Source of the DNA: Bacteroidales bacterium UBA6088
GTDB taxonomy: Bacteria > Bacteroidota > Bacteroidia > Bacteroidales > UBA932
Length of the DNA: 64,000 nucleotides
Direction of reading: 5' to 3'
NCBI GenBank assembly: GCA_002428635.1
Contig: DIXE01000025.1
Location: forward strand, 713-64,712
Part shown: positions 39,380-50,955 of the stretch, piece by piece
Position numbering within the stretch: the stretch's first letter is position 1
How the letters are laid out: each line of letters begins with the position of its first letter
The notes under the pieces: model-generated
The model's database searches: none
Told to the model about the DNA's origin: nothing
The model's input: only the letters and a program-made list of their open reading frames with translations
Program-made: the position numbers and the translations under genes

Positions 39380-40681
39380 ATGGAAAAAGAGAAAATAAAC
39401 CTTTTCTTTGACGCAATGGTCATTGGAGGGGGAATTGCAGGGGGAGAATCCGCCTTAAATCTGGCAAACAATGGATACAAGGTTATTATTGTAGAAAAGG
39501 ATCTCTCCATAGGGGGAAAGATGATAATGTTAAGCAAGGTATTCCCAACGCTGGACTGCTCTGCCTGCATCACAACCCCAAAAGTATCTGAAATCTCAAG
39601 ACATAATAACATCACAATTTTTACCGAGAGCGATGTAAACTCTGTAGTAAAAATGGGAGAGAGACACTTCAGGGCAGAAATTACCAGGCGTCCCAGATAT
39701 GTTGTAGCCGAGGATTGTACCGGCTGCCAGAAATGCGAAGAGGCTTGTCCTGTTATTGTAAAGGACCAATACCAGTATAATCTTATCGGCAGAAAGGCAG
39801 CTTTTATTCCTTTCTCCATAGCCAGTCCCAAAATTGCAGCGATTGACATTGAAAACTGCACTCTTTGCGGAGCCTGTGAAAAGGCTTGCCCGTCGAACTG
39901 TATAGATTTCACACAAAAGGCTCTGGATTATGTGATTGATATAAAAAGTGTAGTGGTTGCAACCGGATTCAAGCTCTTCGACCCATTAAAAATCGAAAGG
40001 TATGGATTCGGCAAATTTAAGAATGTACTGACCTCTATGCAGATGGAGAGACAGCTTGCCCCTACCCGCCCATTTAACACAATACTCAGGCCATCAGACG
40101 GTAAAGTTCCCGACAAGATTGCCTATGTTTTGTGTGCCGGCTCAAGAGATGATTCCGAGGGGAATCCTATTTGCTCCCAGATTTGCTGTATGTACTCCAT
40201 TAAACAGGCTCAGCTGCTCATGGGAGCTCTTCCAATGGCAGACATTACAATTTACTACATTGACATAAGGGCATTTGGCAAGGGCTACGATGAGTTCTAT
40301 GAACAGGCAAAAGGGATGGGAGTCTCTTTTATAAAGGGAAAAATCGGCAAAATCACAAAGGGAGAAAGAGGAGACCTTACACTCAGGTACGAAGATGTTT
40401 CCACCGGAAAGATCAAGGAGGCACGGCACGATATGGTAGTTTTGTCGGTAGGTGTACTTGCAAACGATGAGGCTGTTCCTATGTTCAGATCAAACACTCT
40501 TTTGACAGATCCTCTCAATTACATAAGGCAGGAAGACCCAATAATCAGCCCGGCAAAGACATCCATAGAAGGGGTTTTTGTCTCCGGAACAGCCTCCGGA
40601 CCTATGGACATTCCCGACTCAATACTCTCGGCAGGTGCGGCAGCTTCACAGGCAACGGCCTATCTTAAGAGAATCAATTAA
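39380..40681 (+). CDS. HdrA/QmoA-like FAD and FeS flavoprotein (no N-terminal domain, has inserted ferredoxin)
   Basis: VIGGGIAG, KVFPTLDCSAC, CTGCQKCEEACP, CTLCGACEKACP, CAGSRD...CSQICCMYSIK, GTASGPMDIPDSI. Confidence 0.9.
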   Translation: MEKEKINLFFDAMVIGGGIAGGESALNLANNGYKVIIVEKDLSIGGKMIMLSKVFPTLDCSACITTPKVSEISRHNNITIFTESDVNSVVKMGERHFRAEITRRPRYVVAEDCTGCQKCEEACPVIVKDQYQYNLIGRKAAFIPFSIASPKIAAIDIENCTLCGACEKACPSNCIDFTQKALDYVIDIKSVVVATGFKLFDPLKIERYGFGKFKNVLTSMQMERQLAPTRPFNTILRPSDGKVPDKIAYVLCAGSRDDSEGNPICSQICCMYSIKQAQLLMGALPMADITIYYIDIRAFGKGYDEFYEQAKGMGVSFIKGKIGKITKGERGDLTLRYEDVSTGKIKEARHDMVVLSVGVLANDEAVPMFRSNTLLTDPLNYIRQEDPIISPAKTSIEGVFVSGTASGPMDIPDSILSAGAAASQATAYLKRIN

Positions 40682-40692
40682 CATTCAGCGGT

Positions 40693-42420
40693 ATGGAAAA
40701 AAGAATAGGTGTTTATATATGCGCTTGCGGAGGCAATATTTCTGATTATGTTGACATTGAAAAGGTAAAAGAGTCTATTACCGGAGAAAATGCAGTTTTG
40801 CTGGCAAAGACTACGATGTTTGCCTGCGGGGATGCCAATCAGAAGGATATGGATTCCGATATCAGAAAAAATGATCTTAACGGAATTGTGGTAGCATCCT
40901 GCTCACCCAAGCTTCACCTCTCAACCTTCAGGGCTGTAAGTGAAAGAGCAGGTCTCAACAAATACAACTATGTTCACGCAAACATAAGGGAACAGGCTTC
41001 CTGGGCACACTCCGATGATAAACCGGGAGCAACCGAAAAGGCAATACTGCTGGTAAAGGCAGCCATTGCTAAGGCAAGGCACGCCTCCTCACTGGAACCC
41101 ATTAAGATAAAATCAAAAAAGAGTGTAGCGGTTATTGGGGCCGGAATCGCCGGGATAAAGGCTGCACAGGCTCTGTCGGCAATGGGAGATAAAGTTTATC
41201 TTATAGAAAAGGAGAGTAAAATCGGGGGTAATCTTTTAAATATCAACAGAGTAAATCCCGAATCAGAAACTGGGGAAGAAATTGTCAAGAGGCTTTCCAA
41301 AGAAATTGAGAATGAAGAAAATATCACATTGCTCACAGGTCACAGAATAACCTCAGGTTCCGGAAATATTGGCGATTTTGTACTCACCCTTAAAGGCAAC
41401 AACAACCCTGGAGAGGATAATTTTCCCGAAAAAGAGATAAATGTGGGTTCTGTTCTTGTTGCAACAGGTTTTGAGAGTTACTCTCCCCTGACGGGTGAAT
41501 ACGGATACGGCCAGCTTCCCGGAGTGGTTACTCTTGCACAGTTCAACAAGCTGCTCAAGGGACAGAATGGAATGAGCTTTGTTGCTTTTGGCAAAGAGGT
41601 AAAAAGTGTCGCTTTCATTTACTGTGTAGGGAGCAGAGAGATAAAGGGAGACAATAAGTACTGTTCAAGATATTGCTGCAGCGCCGCAATTCAGAGTGCT
41701 CTGGATTTGTCAGAGAGATTCCCGGATTCTGACATTTATCACCTCACAAGGGGGGTAAGAAGCTATGGCAAGCAGGAGCTCCTGTACAAAGAAGCCAACA
41801 GAAGAGGCGATCTTTTTATTCAGTTTCCCGACAAAGAACCTCCGGTGATTGAAGAGAAAGATGACAAAATAATTATTAAGGTCAAGGATATTCTTAGCGG
41901 CAAAAGGGAGCTGGAAGCAGAGACCGATATAGTTGTGCTTGTAACAGGAATGGTTCCCGTACAGGACGATAATACCGGTAGCATATTCAAACTTCCAAGA
42001 GGCAGAGATAAATTCTACAACGAGATACATATGAAACTCAGACCGGTTGAAACAGCCATCGATGGTGTTACAATTGCCGGAGCCTGCCAGGGGCCAAAGA
42101 ATGCTTCCGAAAGCGTGAACTCTGCTCTGGCTGCAGCAGCCAAGTCCCACTCTCTTGTAAGTACCGGAGAGCTGGAGCTCGAACCAATCGTTGCCTATGT
42201 AGATGAAGATAAGTGTACCTGGTGCGATGAGTGCAGCAAAGCCTGCCCTTTTAACGCAATTTCTGTAATTGAGATGTTCCAAAAGAGTATTGCCCGGATC
42301 AACAAGTCAACCTGCAAAGGATGCGGAATGTGTCTTCCGGTTTGCCCGACAGACGCAATTGAACTTATATCATTTACCAACAAAGAGATAGAAGATATGA
42401 TTGATGTTCTGTCCCAATAA
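40693..42420 (+). CDS. HdrA/QmoB-like FAD and FeS flavoprotein (N-terminal domain and C-terminal ferredoxin)
   Basis: RIGVYICACGGNI, FAC, VVASCSPKLH, NIREQ.SWAH, VIGAGIAG, CVGSR...CSRYCC, GACQGPK, CTWCDECSKACP, CKGCGMCLPVCP. Confidence 0.9.
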   Translation: MEKRIGVYICACGGNISDYVDIEKVKESITGENAVLLAKTTMFACGDANQKDMDSDIRKNDLNGIVVASCSPKLHLSTFRAVSERAGLNKYNYVHANIREQASWAHSDDKPGATEKAILLVKAAIAKARHASSLEPIKIKSKKSVAVIGAGIAGIKAAQALSAMGDKVYLIEKESKIGGNLLNINRVNPESETGEEIVKRLSKEIENEENITLLTGHRITSGSGNIGDFVLTLKGNNNPGEDNFPEKEINVGSVLVATGFESYSPLTGEYGYGQLPGVVTLAQFNKLLKGQNGMSFVAFGKEVKSVAFIYCVGSREIKGDNKYCSRYCCSAAIQSALDLSERFPDSDIYHLTRGVRSYGKQELLYKEANRRGDLFIQFPDKEPPVIEEKDDKIIIKVKDILSGKRELEAETDIVVLVTGMVPVQDDNTGSIFKLPRGRDKFYNEIHMKLRPVETAIDGVTIAGACQGPKNASESVNSALAAAAKSHSLVSTGELELEPIVAYVDEDKCTWCDECSKACPFNAISVIEMFQKSIARINKSTCKGCGMCLPVCPTDAIELISFTNKEIEDMIDVLSQ

Positions 42421-42427
42421 TTCAAAA

Positions 42428-42703
42428 ATGATGATAGAAAAGAAAGAGACATTTAAGATATTGAGGGAACAACACAAGGTTCCCGAAAGTGTAAAAGAGA
42501 ATCTAAAGGATTTCAACAAGATAAAAAGATCAATTCTTCTGGCTCTTAAAGAGGAAGATCTCACTGTAGCCGAATTATCCGGAAAGCTTCAGATACCTGC
42601 AGACGAAATTGTTTACTATCTTCTCTCGCTGGTAAAGTTCGGTTTTGTAAAAACCGGAGAGATTGACAGTATGGACGAGTACTTCAAATATAAACTTAAG
42701 TGA
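42428..42703 (+). CDS. Small winged-helix (ArsR-like fold) protein
   Basis: ILLALKEEDLTVAELSGKLQIPADEIVYYLLSLVKFGFV..GE.....YFKY. Embedded in the hdr operon. Confidence 0.7.
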   Translation: MMIEKKETFKILREQHKVPESVKENLKDFNKIKRSILLALKEEDLTVAELSGKLQIPADEIVYYLLSLVKFGFVKTGEIDSMDEYFKYKLK

Positions 42704-42704
42704 G

Positions 42705-45346
<2,642 letters not shown>

Positions 45347-45347
45347 A

Positions 45348-45593
45348 ATGTTAAAACTGTTAATCATAGAAGCGTCCGGGAGCTGCATTTGTGAGGAGGT
45401 TGAATCTGTGACAATCCCTTCCCGTTCAGGCAGTTTTACGGTTTTTCCCCATCACGCCCCTCTAATCTGCATAGTCTCTAAGGGAGAGATACTCTATCGC
45501 AGAAAAGGGAGCGGCAGCAAAGAAAAACACTCCGTCAGGGGAGGTATAGCCCACATCGATAATAACAGTATAACGCTCTGCGTTGAGCAATAA
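45348..45593 (+). CDS. atpC: ATP synthase F1 epsilon subunit (beta-sandwich only)
   Basis: VTIPSRSGSFTVFPHHAPLI, VRGGIAHI; canonical position after atpD. Confidence 0.85.
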   Translation: MLKLLIIEASGSCICEEVESVTIPSRSGSFTVFPHHAPLICIVSKGEILYRRKGSGSKEKHSVRGGIAHIDNNSITLCVEQ

Positions 45594-45602
45594 CTTTTTA
45601 TT

Positions 45603-45998
45603 ATGAGTAAGTCAAAGAGATACAGACTGGTTTTTATCATTATGCTGCTTTATGCAGGAGTTGGAATAGCCGTAGGAATTCTTCTGAAAAAGTTCTTTCC
45701 ACAGTATTATTTCCCTCTCTATCCGATAATCCCCTCCTACTTTACTGTACTGGGATTTGTGATGCTTTGGGTGCTCCTGTTCACCCATGGAAACTCTCCT
45801 GCCAAAGTTGTAAATACTTATATGATGATGAGAACTATCAAACTTATTATTACTGCAGGATTCATACTGGTTTACAATATGGTAACGGAAGATTTCAGAT
45901 ACCCTTTTACCCTGATAACTATGGCATTCTATTTTTTCTTTCTGTTCGTTGAGACTTACCTTTTTATCAAGTTTGAGAAGGAGAGAATGGCAAAATGA
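45603..45998 (+). CDS. Four-helix membrane protein of the atp operon (AtpI-like)
   Basis: Hydrophobic 131 aa with YMMMRTIKL, between atpC and atpB. Confidence 0.65.
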   Translation: MSKSKRYRLVFIIMLLYAGVGIAVGILLKKFFPQYYFPLYPIIPSYFTVLGFVMLWVLLFTHGNSPAKVVNTYMMMRTIKLIITAGFILVYNMVTEDFRYPFTLITMAFYFFFLFVETYLFIKFEKERMAK

Positions 45999-47038
45999 AG
46001 CGTACAATGACACTTTTTGTCTCGGCAGTTGTTTTGCTGTTTACTACACCTCTTTTTGCAGAAAAGCCGGATATAAAAGGAATGATTAATGAACATATTC
46101 GCGATTCATACAGCTGGCATATAACCAGATTTAATGAACGCGAAGTGTCTTTACCACTACCTGTGATACTGATCAGCAAAGAGAGTGGTTTTAACGTTTT
46201 TCTCTCTTCCAGGCTTGAAGAGGGCAAGAGGTACAGAAGTTTCCTGATTGCTGAATCCGGCCAATTTGAGGGAAAAATTGTAGAGGTTTCTCAGAGTGGA
46301 TCAGAGAGACGGCCAACAGACCTTTCAATCACAAAAAATGCTCTTGCCATTATGATCAACAGCCTTGTCCTTATTCTTATCATAACAGCTACAGCAAGAA
46401 GATACAAAAAAGGGCCGCTAATTGTTCCTTCGGGATTTACAGGACTTATGGAGATGTTTATTATGGACATCAATGACAGTATGATAAAACCCTGTGTGGG
46501 AAAAGATTATCACAAATTCTCCCCATATCTGCTCACAGCCTTTTTCTTTATATTTGTCAATAACCTTATGGGACTCCTTCCGGCTTTTCCGGGCGGAGCA
46601 AACACAACTGGTAACATTGCCATAACAATGGTACTTGCTCTCTTCACATTCTTTACCATAAACATCTTTGGCACAAGAGAGTACTTTAGGGAGATATTTT
46701 GGCCGGATGTTCCCAAATGGATGAAGGTTCCAATCCCGCTAATGCCTATAATTGAGATGTTTGGCCTCTTCACAAAGCCATTTTCCCTAATGATACGACT
46801 TTTTGCAAATATTACAGCAGGCCATTCAGTTGTACTGGGGCTTTTATCTGTAATATTCATTACTGCAACTTCAGGAGCCTTGACCAGCGGAGGGATGACC
46901 ATTGTATCAATACTTCTGACAATATTTATGACAATAATTGAAATACTTGTCGCATATATACAGGCTTATGTCTTCACAATGCTCTCGGCCGTATTTATAG
47001 GTTTATCCAGAGTAAGGGAGGCTCACGCACACAATTAG
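45995..47038 (+). CDS. atpB: ATP synthase Fo subunit a
   Basis: NLMGLLP, KPFSLMIRLFANITAGH, LVAYIQAYVFTMLS. Confidence 0.96.
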   Translation: MKRTMTLFVSAVVLLFTTPLFAEKPDIKGMINEHIRDSYSWHITRFNEREVSLPLPVILISKESGFNVFLSSRLEEGKRYRSFLIAESGQFEGKIVEVSQSGSERRPTDLSITKNALAIMINSLVLILIITATARRYKKGPLIVPSGFTGLMEMFIMDINDSMIKPCVGKDYHKFSPYLLTAFFFIFVNNLMGLLPAFPGGANTTGNIAITMVLALFTFFTINIFGTREYFREIFWPDVPKWMKVPIPLMPIIEMFGLFTKPFSLMIRLFANITAGHSVVLGLLSVIFITATSGALTSGGMTIVSILLTIFMTIIEILVAYIQAYVFTMLSAVFIGLSRVREAHAHN

Positions 47039-47095
47039 GAACAACATTTTAAGTATTATTACAAATAACATTATAAACAATTAACAATCAATTTT

Positions 47096-47347
47096 ATGTA
47101 TTTAATTTCACTCTTACAATCAGGAATTGCCTCTCTTGAACTGGGCACTTTGGGTGCTGCTTTTGGAGCAGGTATGGCTGCCATTGCCGCCGCAATAGGC
47201 ATCGGAAAGATTGGGTCATCGGCAATGGAGGCCATTGCAAGACAACCTGAATTTGCAAACGACATAAGGATGAGTATGATTGTATCTGCAGCCCTTGTAG
47301 AAAGTGCCTCTTTGTTTGCCATTGTCGTATGCTTTATGGCTCTGTAG
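47096..47347 (+). CDS. atpE: ATP synthase Fo subunit c
   Basis: GIGKIG, ARQPE loop, AALVES carboxylate. Confidence 0.96.
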   Translation: MYLISLLQSGIASLELGTLGAAFGAGMAAIAAAIGIGKIGSSAMEAIARQPEFANDIRMSMIVSAALVESASLFAIVVCFMAL

Positions 47348-47378
47348 TAATTTAGGTTTCATTTAAAAATTTACAGAA

Positions 47379-47879
47379 ATGTCACTGCTGATACCGGAAA
47401 CCGGGCTGATATTCTGGATGACGATCTCTTTTGGAGTCGTACTGTTCATTCTCTACAGATACGGCTTCCCGATTATTGTCAGGATGGTGGAAGAGCGAAG
47501 GCAATTCATCGACAAATCTCTGCAAGATGCTCACGAAGCCAATAAACAGCTGGTTAACGCCTCAACCGAGAGAGAAAAGCTGCTCTCGGCAGCCAGAGAG
47601 GAGCAACTGAAGATTATTCGGGAAGCTACAAAATCCGGAGAAAAAATAATATCTGATGCCCGGGATGAGGCAAGAAGAGTCTCTTCGCTTGAGCTTGAAA
47701 AGGCCCGGGAGGAACTTTTGAGGGAAAGAGAGGACTCTTTGAGGAAAATCCGAAATGAGATGGCTGTTATATCCTTGGCAACTGCAGAAAAGATTCTCAG
47801 AAAAACACTCGATAACAGGGACTCCCAGCTGGAGATGATCAACAGCATACTTGATGAAAACATAGATTTAAGATCCTGA
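47379..47879 (+). CDS. atpF: ATP synthase Fo subunit b
   Basis: LLIPETGLIFWMTISF TM, then a long charged coiled coil. Confidence 0.93.
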   Translation: MSLLIPETGLIFWMTISFGVVLFILYRYGFPIIVRMVEERRQFIDKSLQDAHEANKQLVNASTEREKLLSAAREEQLKIIREATKSGEKIISDARDEARRVSSLELEKAREELLREREDSLRKIRNEMAVISLATAEKILRKTLDNRDSQLEMINSILDENIDLRS

Positions 47880-47883
47880 CAAA

Positions 47884-48426
47884 ATGCACAAAGTCAACAT
47901 ATCGGTAAGGTATGCAAAAGCTCTATATGCTTACTCATCTGCACAAGGAAATGAGCACAGGGTCTATGATTGTGTCAATATGCTGATAATGAATTTCGGA
48001 AAACTCCCAGCTTTGGCTTCTGCTTTGGAGAATCCGGCCATTAAAAGGGAAGAGAAGCACCAGTTGTTAGTATCTGCTTCAGGAAAATCTGTTCCTGCAG
48101 AACTTGAGAATTTTTTCGAACTAATTCTCGGAAACGACAGGGAAACAGAGAGTCTCAGAATATTTTTGAGTTTTGCCGAACTATACAGAAAGAGAAATAA
48201 CATTCACCTGTGCAGAGTGACCACTGCAGTTGACACAGACTCTCAGACCGGGAAGAGAATAACCGAAGCAGTCAAGAAGGCAACCGGCGGGAATGTTGAA
48301 ATCGAAAAAATAGTTGATCCATCCATAATAGGAGGATTTATATTGGAAGTTGAAAACAGGATGCTGGACGCAAGTATATCCGGCAAACTGAAACAGATCA
48401 GAAAGAATTTGACAGTTAGCGTATAA
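47884..48426 (+). CDS. atpH: ATP synthase F1 delta subunit
   Basis: [19 protein letters not shown]...DAS. Confidence 0.93.
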   Translation: MHKVNISVRYAKALYAYSSAQGNEHRVYDCVNMLIMNFGKLPALASALENPAIKREEKHQLLVSASGKSVPAELENFFELILGNDRETESLRIFLSFAELYRKRNNIHLCRVTTAVDTDSQTGKRITEAVKKATGGNVEIEKIVDPSIIGGFILEVENRMLDASISGKLKQIRKNLTVSV

Positions 48427-48436
48427 AGGTTTTATT

Positions 48437-50017
48437 ATGACAGAAAAAATTCGCACCAGTGAGGTGTCCGAAATATTGAGGGAACAGTTGGAAGGACTCG
48501 CCGGAAGCCATAAATTCCTGGAATCAGGAACGGTGCTTCAGGTCAGCGACGGAGTTGCAAGGGTTTACGGGCTAAACAATGTGGAATCTGGTGAGCTGGT
48601 AGAGTTTGACTCCGGGCTGGAGGCGATTGCAATGAACCTGGAGGAGGACAATGTTGGAGTTGTATTGCTTGGCCCCTCTTACCTCGTAAAGGAGGGTTAC
48701 AAAGTTAAGAGAACCGGGAAAATTGCGAATATCGGAGCCGGTAAATGCCTTTTGGGCAGAGTTATCAACTCCTTTGGAGATCCTCTGGACGGACTAGGTC
48801 CAATCACAGGAGAGAGATTCATAATGCCCCTGGAAAGAAAAGCCCCCGGGGTGATCTTCCGTCAACCGGTCAAAGAACCTTTACAGACCGGCCTCAAGGC
48901 GATAGATTCGATGATTCCGATTGGCAGAGGACAGAGGGAGTTGATTATCGGTGACCGTCAGACCGGGAAAACTGCCATAATTTTTAACACAATAATCAAT
49001 CAGAAAGAGAATTATATGGCCGGTAAACCGGTATATTGCATCTATGTTGCTATTGGGCAGAAAGGTTCGACAGTGGCCTCTCTCGTGAACAACCTAAGAG
49101 AGTACGGTGCAATGGAATATACTACGATAATATCTTCCACTGCCTCCGATTCCGCTGCAATGCAGTATTTTGCCCCCTTTGCAGGAGCAGCCGCAGGCGA
49201 ATTTTTCAGGGATACCGGAGAGCACGCACTGGTTATCTTTGACGATCTTTCAAAACACGCAGTTGCATATCGCGAACTCTCACTGATTTTGAGAAGGCCA
49301 TCCGGAAGAGAAGCATATCCCGGCGATATATTTTACCTGCACTCCAGATTGCTCGAAAGAGCAGCCAGAATTATTGACCAGCAAGAGGTTGTGCAAGAAA
49401 TGAACGATCTGCCCGAATGCCTTTCAGGTAAGGTAAAGGGAGGCGGCTCTCTTACCGCACTGCCAATAATCGAGACACAGGCCGGAGACGTATCGGCGTA
49501 CATTCCCACAAATGTTATTTCAATTACAGACGGACAGATATTTCTCGACACTGCCCTCTTCAATCAGGGGAACAGACCTGCAATAAATGTGGGAATCTCA
49601 GTATCAAGGGTTGGAGGAAATGCACAGGTAAAAGCGATGAAAAAGGTTGCCGGAACTCTTAAGATAGACCAGGCACAGTTTCGTGAACTGGAAGCATTTA
49701 CAAAATTTGGAGGAGATCTGGACTCAATCACCACCAGAATCATAGACAAAGGTCAAAAGAACGCCATACTACTCAGACAGCCAAACAGATCCCCAATGCC
49801 TGTAGAGGAGCAGATCGCTGTACTCTATTGCGGAACAAGAGACCTTCTCAGAGATATTCCACTGGATAAAGTAAGCCAGTTTGAAAACGATTTCCTGACA
49901 GAATTCAGAACATCTGATCTGCCTGCCAAAATCAGGGAGGGGATTTTCGATGATGATGTCACATCAGAAATTGAAAAGATCGCTGCCCGGATATGCAAAT
50001 TTCATACAAAAGCTTAA
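48437..50017 (+). CDS. atpA: ATP synthase F1 alpha subunit
   Basis: [45 protein letters not shown]. Confidence 0.98.
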   Translation: MTEKIRTSEVSEILREQLEGLAGSHKFLESGTVLQVSDGVARVYGLNNVESGELVEFDSGLEAIAMNLEEDNVGVVLLGPSYLVKEGYKVKRTGKIANIGAGKCLLGRVINSFGDPLDGLGPITGERFIMPLERKAPGVIFRQPVKEPLQTGLKAIDSMIPIGRGQRELIIGDRQTGKTAIIFNTIINQKENYMAGKPVYCIYVAIGQKGSTVASLVNNLREYGAMEYTTIISSTASDSAAMQYFAPFAGAAAGEFFRDTGEHALVIFDDLSKHAVAYRELSLILRRPSGREAYPGDIFYLHSRLLERAARIIDQQEVVQEMNDLPECLSGKVKGGGSLTALPIIETQAGDVSAYIPTNVISITDGQIFLDTALFNQGNRPAINVGISVSRVGGNAQVKAMKKVAGTLKIDQAQFRELEAFTKFGGDLDSITTRIIDKGQKNAILLRQPNRSPMPVEEQIAVLYCGTRDLLRDIPLDKVSQFENDFLTEFRTSDLPAKIREGIFDDDVTSEIEKIAARICKFHTKA

Positions 50018-50048
50018 CAACACAACATAACAGCACAAACAAAGTAGA

Positions 50049-50954
50049 ATGTCATCGCTAAGAGAGATAAAGGGCAGAATCGCAACAGTTGGCAACACAC
50101 TCAAGATAACATCGGCAATGAGCATGATATCTTCTGTAAAGCTTCACAAATCCCAGAACGTTTACATCAAAGCCAAAAAGTACGAGAATACCCTTTCACA
50201 GATTCTCAAAGCCACTTACGAGCAGGAAATACCCGATTTCAAATTTGGTGAGAAAAACCAGTCTGCAAAAACAACAAACCAGTCTTCAATCACTAAAAGC
50301 CAGGATTTATTAAAAAACATTACCCTTGTGGTGATTTCGTCAAATACCACACTTTGCGGAGCATTCAACTCCAACATAGAAAAGTTGGCAACTGATACTA
50401 TTAAAGAGTACCAGGACAAAGGAACCGGCTACATTCAGATTCTAACGATAGGAAAAACTGTTGCTAAGCATCTCAGTAAAAGGTTTCCGGGAGTAGAGTC
50501 ATTGCCTGACAAAATGGCTGATAGACCGGATACTAGGGAGATAGAGGAGCTCGCCTCCAGGTTGTCTGAGATGCACAAGAACGGAGAGGCAGATGTAGTG
50601 GAGTTTATTTATAACCACTTTGCATCAGCTTCTGTCCAGAAACCTGTCAGGGAAAGATTTCTACCTCTAATATTGTTTGATTATCAGGTAAAAGACTCCG
50701 AAAGGTACATCTATGAACCTGGTTTGCAGGAGATAAGAACAGATCTTATCAAGAAGTGTCTTGTCGCCAAAACAAATCTGATTCTTGCCGATTCCAGAGC
50801 AGCAGAACACTCTGCCAGGACCGTTGCAATGCAGATGGCCACCGACAACGCTCAAAAAATCCTCCAGGAACTTTCGCTGCAATACAACAAAATGAGACAG
50901 CAGGCCATTACAAACGAACTGCTGGATATTATGGGAGGATACTCATCAAGGTAA
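50049..50954 (+). CDS. atpG: ATP synthase F1 gamma subunit
   Basis: ITSAMSMISSVK, LCGAFN, EHSARTVAM..ATDNA, RQQAITNELLDI. Confidence 0.96.
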   Translation: MSSLREIKGRIATVGNTLKITSAMSMISSVKLHKSQNVYIKAKKYENTLSQILKATYEQEIPDFKFGEKNQSAKTTNQSSITKSQDLLKNITLVVISSNTTLCGAFNSNIEKLATDTIKEYQDKGTGYIQILTIGKTVAKHLSKRFPGVESLPDKMADRPDTREIEELASRLSEMHKNGEADVVEFIYNHFASASVQKPVRERFLPLILFDYQVKDSERYIYEPGLQEIRTDLIKKCLVAKTNLILADSRAAEHSARTVAMQMATDNAQKILQELSLQYNKMRQQAITNELLDIMGGYSSR

Positions 50955-50955
50955 A

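Noticed and set aside
39380-42420. Selenocysteine recoding in the HdrA/MvhD genes
   Set aside because: All frames are open with Cys at the motif positions; no in-frame TGA needs read-through.
45348-45593. Truncated atpC pseudogene
   Set aside because: Epsilon subunits lacking the C-terminal helical hairpin are normal in Bacteroidota, and the frame is intact.
47096-47347. Na+-translocating ATP synthase, suggested by the ES pair in subunit c
   Set aside because: The position 13 residues before the RQP Arg is Ile, not the Gln/Glu of the Na+ signature, and the downstream Thr/Tyr ligands are absent. H+ coupling is more likely.
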